From Pseudomonadales bacterium (lineage in GTDB: Bacteria > Pseudomonadota > Gammaproteobacteria > Pseudomonadales > UBA3067): a stretch of 37,127 bases of DNA. The DNA lies in contig DAIRVL010000003.1 of assembly GCA_036802845.1 (NCBI GenBank), positions 1 to 37,127 of the forward strand. The letters run 5' to 3'. Shown one piece after another: positions 35,301-37,127 of this stretch; the first letter of the stretch is position 1; each line of letters begins with the position of its first letter. Below the pieces are notes generated by a model. The model saw nothing but the letters and a program-made list of their open reading frames with translations, was not told the DNA's origin and did not search any database. Position numbers and translations under genes: made by a program.

Positions 35301-36659
35301 ATGACAAAAACTGAACATAAAGTTGATTTGCTGGTTATCGGGGCCGGATCTGGCGGTGTGAGAGCCGGGCGTCTGGCGGCAAACTTGGGCAAACGTGTGA
35401 TTGTTGTCGAGCAGCAATACCTGGGTGGAACCTGTGTTAACGTCGGCTGTGTGCCCAAAAAATTATTTTATTATGCTGCACAGCTTAAGGACGAGTTTGC
35501 CGTGGCAGAGAGTTTTGGCTGGAATGTGCAGGTTGAGGGCTTTTCATGGGATCGTTTGCGTGAAAATAAAAATCGCGAAATTGAACGACTGAATCTGATC
35601 TATAAAAACATCCTACAAAATGCCGGCGTAACTTTGCTGGAAGGCACTGCCCGCTTTGTCGATCATCAGCGGGTGGATGTTGGCGGTCAGATTATTCACG
35701 CCGAAAAAATTCTGATCGCAACAGGGGGGATTTCTTATCGCCCCGATATTCCTGGTGGCGAATTTGCACTTGTATCAGATGATGTTTTTTCTTTGTCTGT
35801 GCTGCCTGAAAAAATAATTATTATCGGCGGCGGTTATATTGCGCTGGAGTTTGCGTCCATTTTTAATGCCTTAGGTGTAAAAACTGAACTCGATTACCGT
35901 GGCCCACTGTTTCTCAAAGGTTTGGATGATGAAATCCGGTGTTTTGTGGCGGAGGAAATGAGAAATAAAGGCGTCACATTGCGTTTTAACAGCCAAATTA
36001 AAACGATAGAAAAAATAGACCATGGACAAAAACGGGTACATTACCAGGACGGTGGATTTCATGTTACCGATCAGGTTTTGTTTGCTGTAGGGCGCCTGCC
36101 CAATACGGCGGGACTGGGACTGGAAAATACACAGGTCGAGCTGGCAGCAAACGGGGCCATTAAGGTGTCTGAAAATTTTCAGACCAGCGTGCCTTCGATT
36201 TATGCCTTGGGCGACGTCATCGCTCGGGCGCAATTGACGCCGGTTGCACTGGCTGAAGCGGGTGTGTTCGTTGATCATCTGTACGGCCAAAACCGGCAAA
36301 AAATGAATTATGAACTGATTCCTACGGCCGTTTTCTCCAATCCCACCCTTGCCATGGTCGGCTTGACCGAGGAGCAAGCGCGTTTGCAATTCAAACATAT
36401 TGATGTCTACCGTTCTCGTTTCAGACCCATGAAGCACAGCTTGTCATCTATTGAGTCGAAAATTTTCATGAAAATGCTTGTGAACAGTGAAACAGATCAA
36501 GTGTTGGGCGTGCATATGGTAGGTGAACAGGCCGGGGAAATTATTCAAGGATTGGCCGTTGCATTAAACGCCAAGGCCACAAAAGCTGTTTTCGATGCCA
36601 CTTTGGGTATTCATCCCACCATGGCCGAAGAATTTGTGACCATGCGATTGCCAAGTTAA
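35301..36659 (+). CDS. gor: Glutathione-disulfide reductase
   Basis: The FAD motif is LLVIGAGSGG and the redox-active disulfide is GGTCVNVGCVPKK. The C-terminal GIHPTMAEEFVTMR matches E. coli Gor (HPTAAEEFVTMR). Confidence 0.93.
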   Translation: MTKTEHKVDLLVIGAGSGGVRAGRLAANLGKRVIVVEQQYLGGTCVNVGCVPKKLFYYAAQLKDEFAVAESFGWNVQVEGFSWDRLRENKNREIERLNLIYKNILQNAGVTLLEGTARFVDHQRVDVGGQIIHAEKILIATGGISYRPDIPGGEFALVSDDVFSLSVLPEKIIIIGGGYIALEFASIFNALGVKTELDYRGPLFLKGLDDEIRCFVAEEMRNKGVTLRFNSQIKTIEKIDHGQKRVHYQDGGFHVTDQVLFAVGRLPNTAGLGLENTQVELAANGAIKVSENFQTSVPSIYALGDVIARAQLTPVALAEAGVFVDHLYGQNRQKMNYELIPTAVFSNPTLAMVGLTEEQARLQFKHIDVYRSRFRPMKHSLSSIESKIFMKMLVNSETDQVLGVHMVGEQAGEIIQGLAVALNAKATKAVFDATLGIHPTMAEEFVTMRLPS

Positions 36660-36941
36660 AGCGGATTTTTGTCATGTCTATGTCTTGCTTGTTAAGTAAT
36701 AAAAAATACTTTGCAAACAAAATCCTGGATAACTCAGCTGTGCGGATGGCATTAACAGGCACTGACGTATGGAATTCTTTTTTATCTTGTGTTTTGAGTC
36801 TGTGAATCTTCGAATTCGCTCGTTATAATGCCCAGCTGTTAAAGCGCCTTGCTTTTTCAACGTTTTGATTTTCTTGCGCACAGCAGGAAAATTATCAAGT
36901 CAGCAAATAACTATAATGATCCATTAAAATGGAGTAAGGAT

Positions 36942-37127
36942 ATGAAAAAAGTCTTAATTGGAGGGCTTTTGATTGGGCTGGTTATTTTTGCAGCAGGCCT
37001 GATCATCAAGAATCGTGGAGGCGATCCTGATTCGGTAGCAAAACAGCCTGAAGTCACTAATAACGTCGTCATGAGCATGAATGCTGATCGTGCCCGTCAT
37101 GCAGAAGAAGAAACCAGTAATTGGTTA
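36942..37127 (+). CDS. 5' part of a membrane-anchored protein, truncated by the window edge
   Basis: GGAG lies 7 nt upstream of the ATG. The sequence MKKVLIGGLLIGLVIFAAGLII is followed by a hydrophilic region, and the frame stays open to the end of the window. Confidence 0.45.
   Translation, partial: MKKVLIGGLLIGLVIFAAGLIIKNRGGDPDSVAKQPEVTNNVVMSMNADRARHAEEETSNWL

Noticed and set aside
35871-36437. 188-aa minus-strand ORF
   Set aside because: It lies entirely inside gor, which matches E. coli glutathione reductase end to end, so it is a shadow ORF.

Overview
This 37.1 kb window is mostly housekeeping chromosome with gammaproteobacterial gene order. I see no transposase, phage integrase, CRISPR array or rRNA.

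Left to right:
- a thiolase, tRNA-Leu(UAG), an alpha/beta hydrolase, two small exported proteins, gloA and adk
- a very Lys/Ala-rich histone-H1-like protein ending in an AT-hook
- mobA, tsaB, rsmJ and the classic mutL-miaA-hfq-hflX-hflK-hflC block
- a compositionally mixed variable segment at about 17.5-22.0 kb, holding a small OMP beta-barrel, a low-GC acyltransferase-3 membrane protein, a PhoX/DUF839-like secreted protein and two orphan coupled small ORFs
- a convergent ornithine cyclodeaminase / arginase pair, yfbR and a secreted START-domain protein
- a feoA-feoB locus plus an unlisted 47-aa FeoB-associated Cys-rich gene, with a Fur box upstream
- xerD-dsbC-hom-thrC-recJ-gor, then a partial membrane-anchored ORF at the right edge

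I cannot point to a convincing multi-gene novel system. The best candidates for follow-up are the coupled orphan ORF pair at 21407-21888, the AT-hook nucleoid-type protein with its AT-rich upstream region, and the hflC-ocd variable segment, which has 12-bp phased repeats upstream of the PhoX-like gene. Smaller items are the unannotated small feo gene and a His/Cys-rich ORF upstream of feoA.

All functional calls come from motif and sequence recognition by eye. No database search was run.
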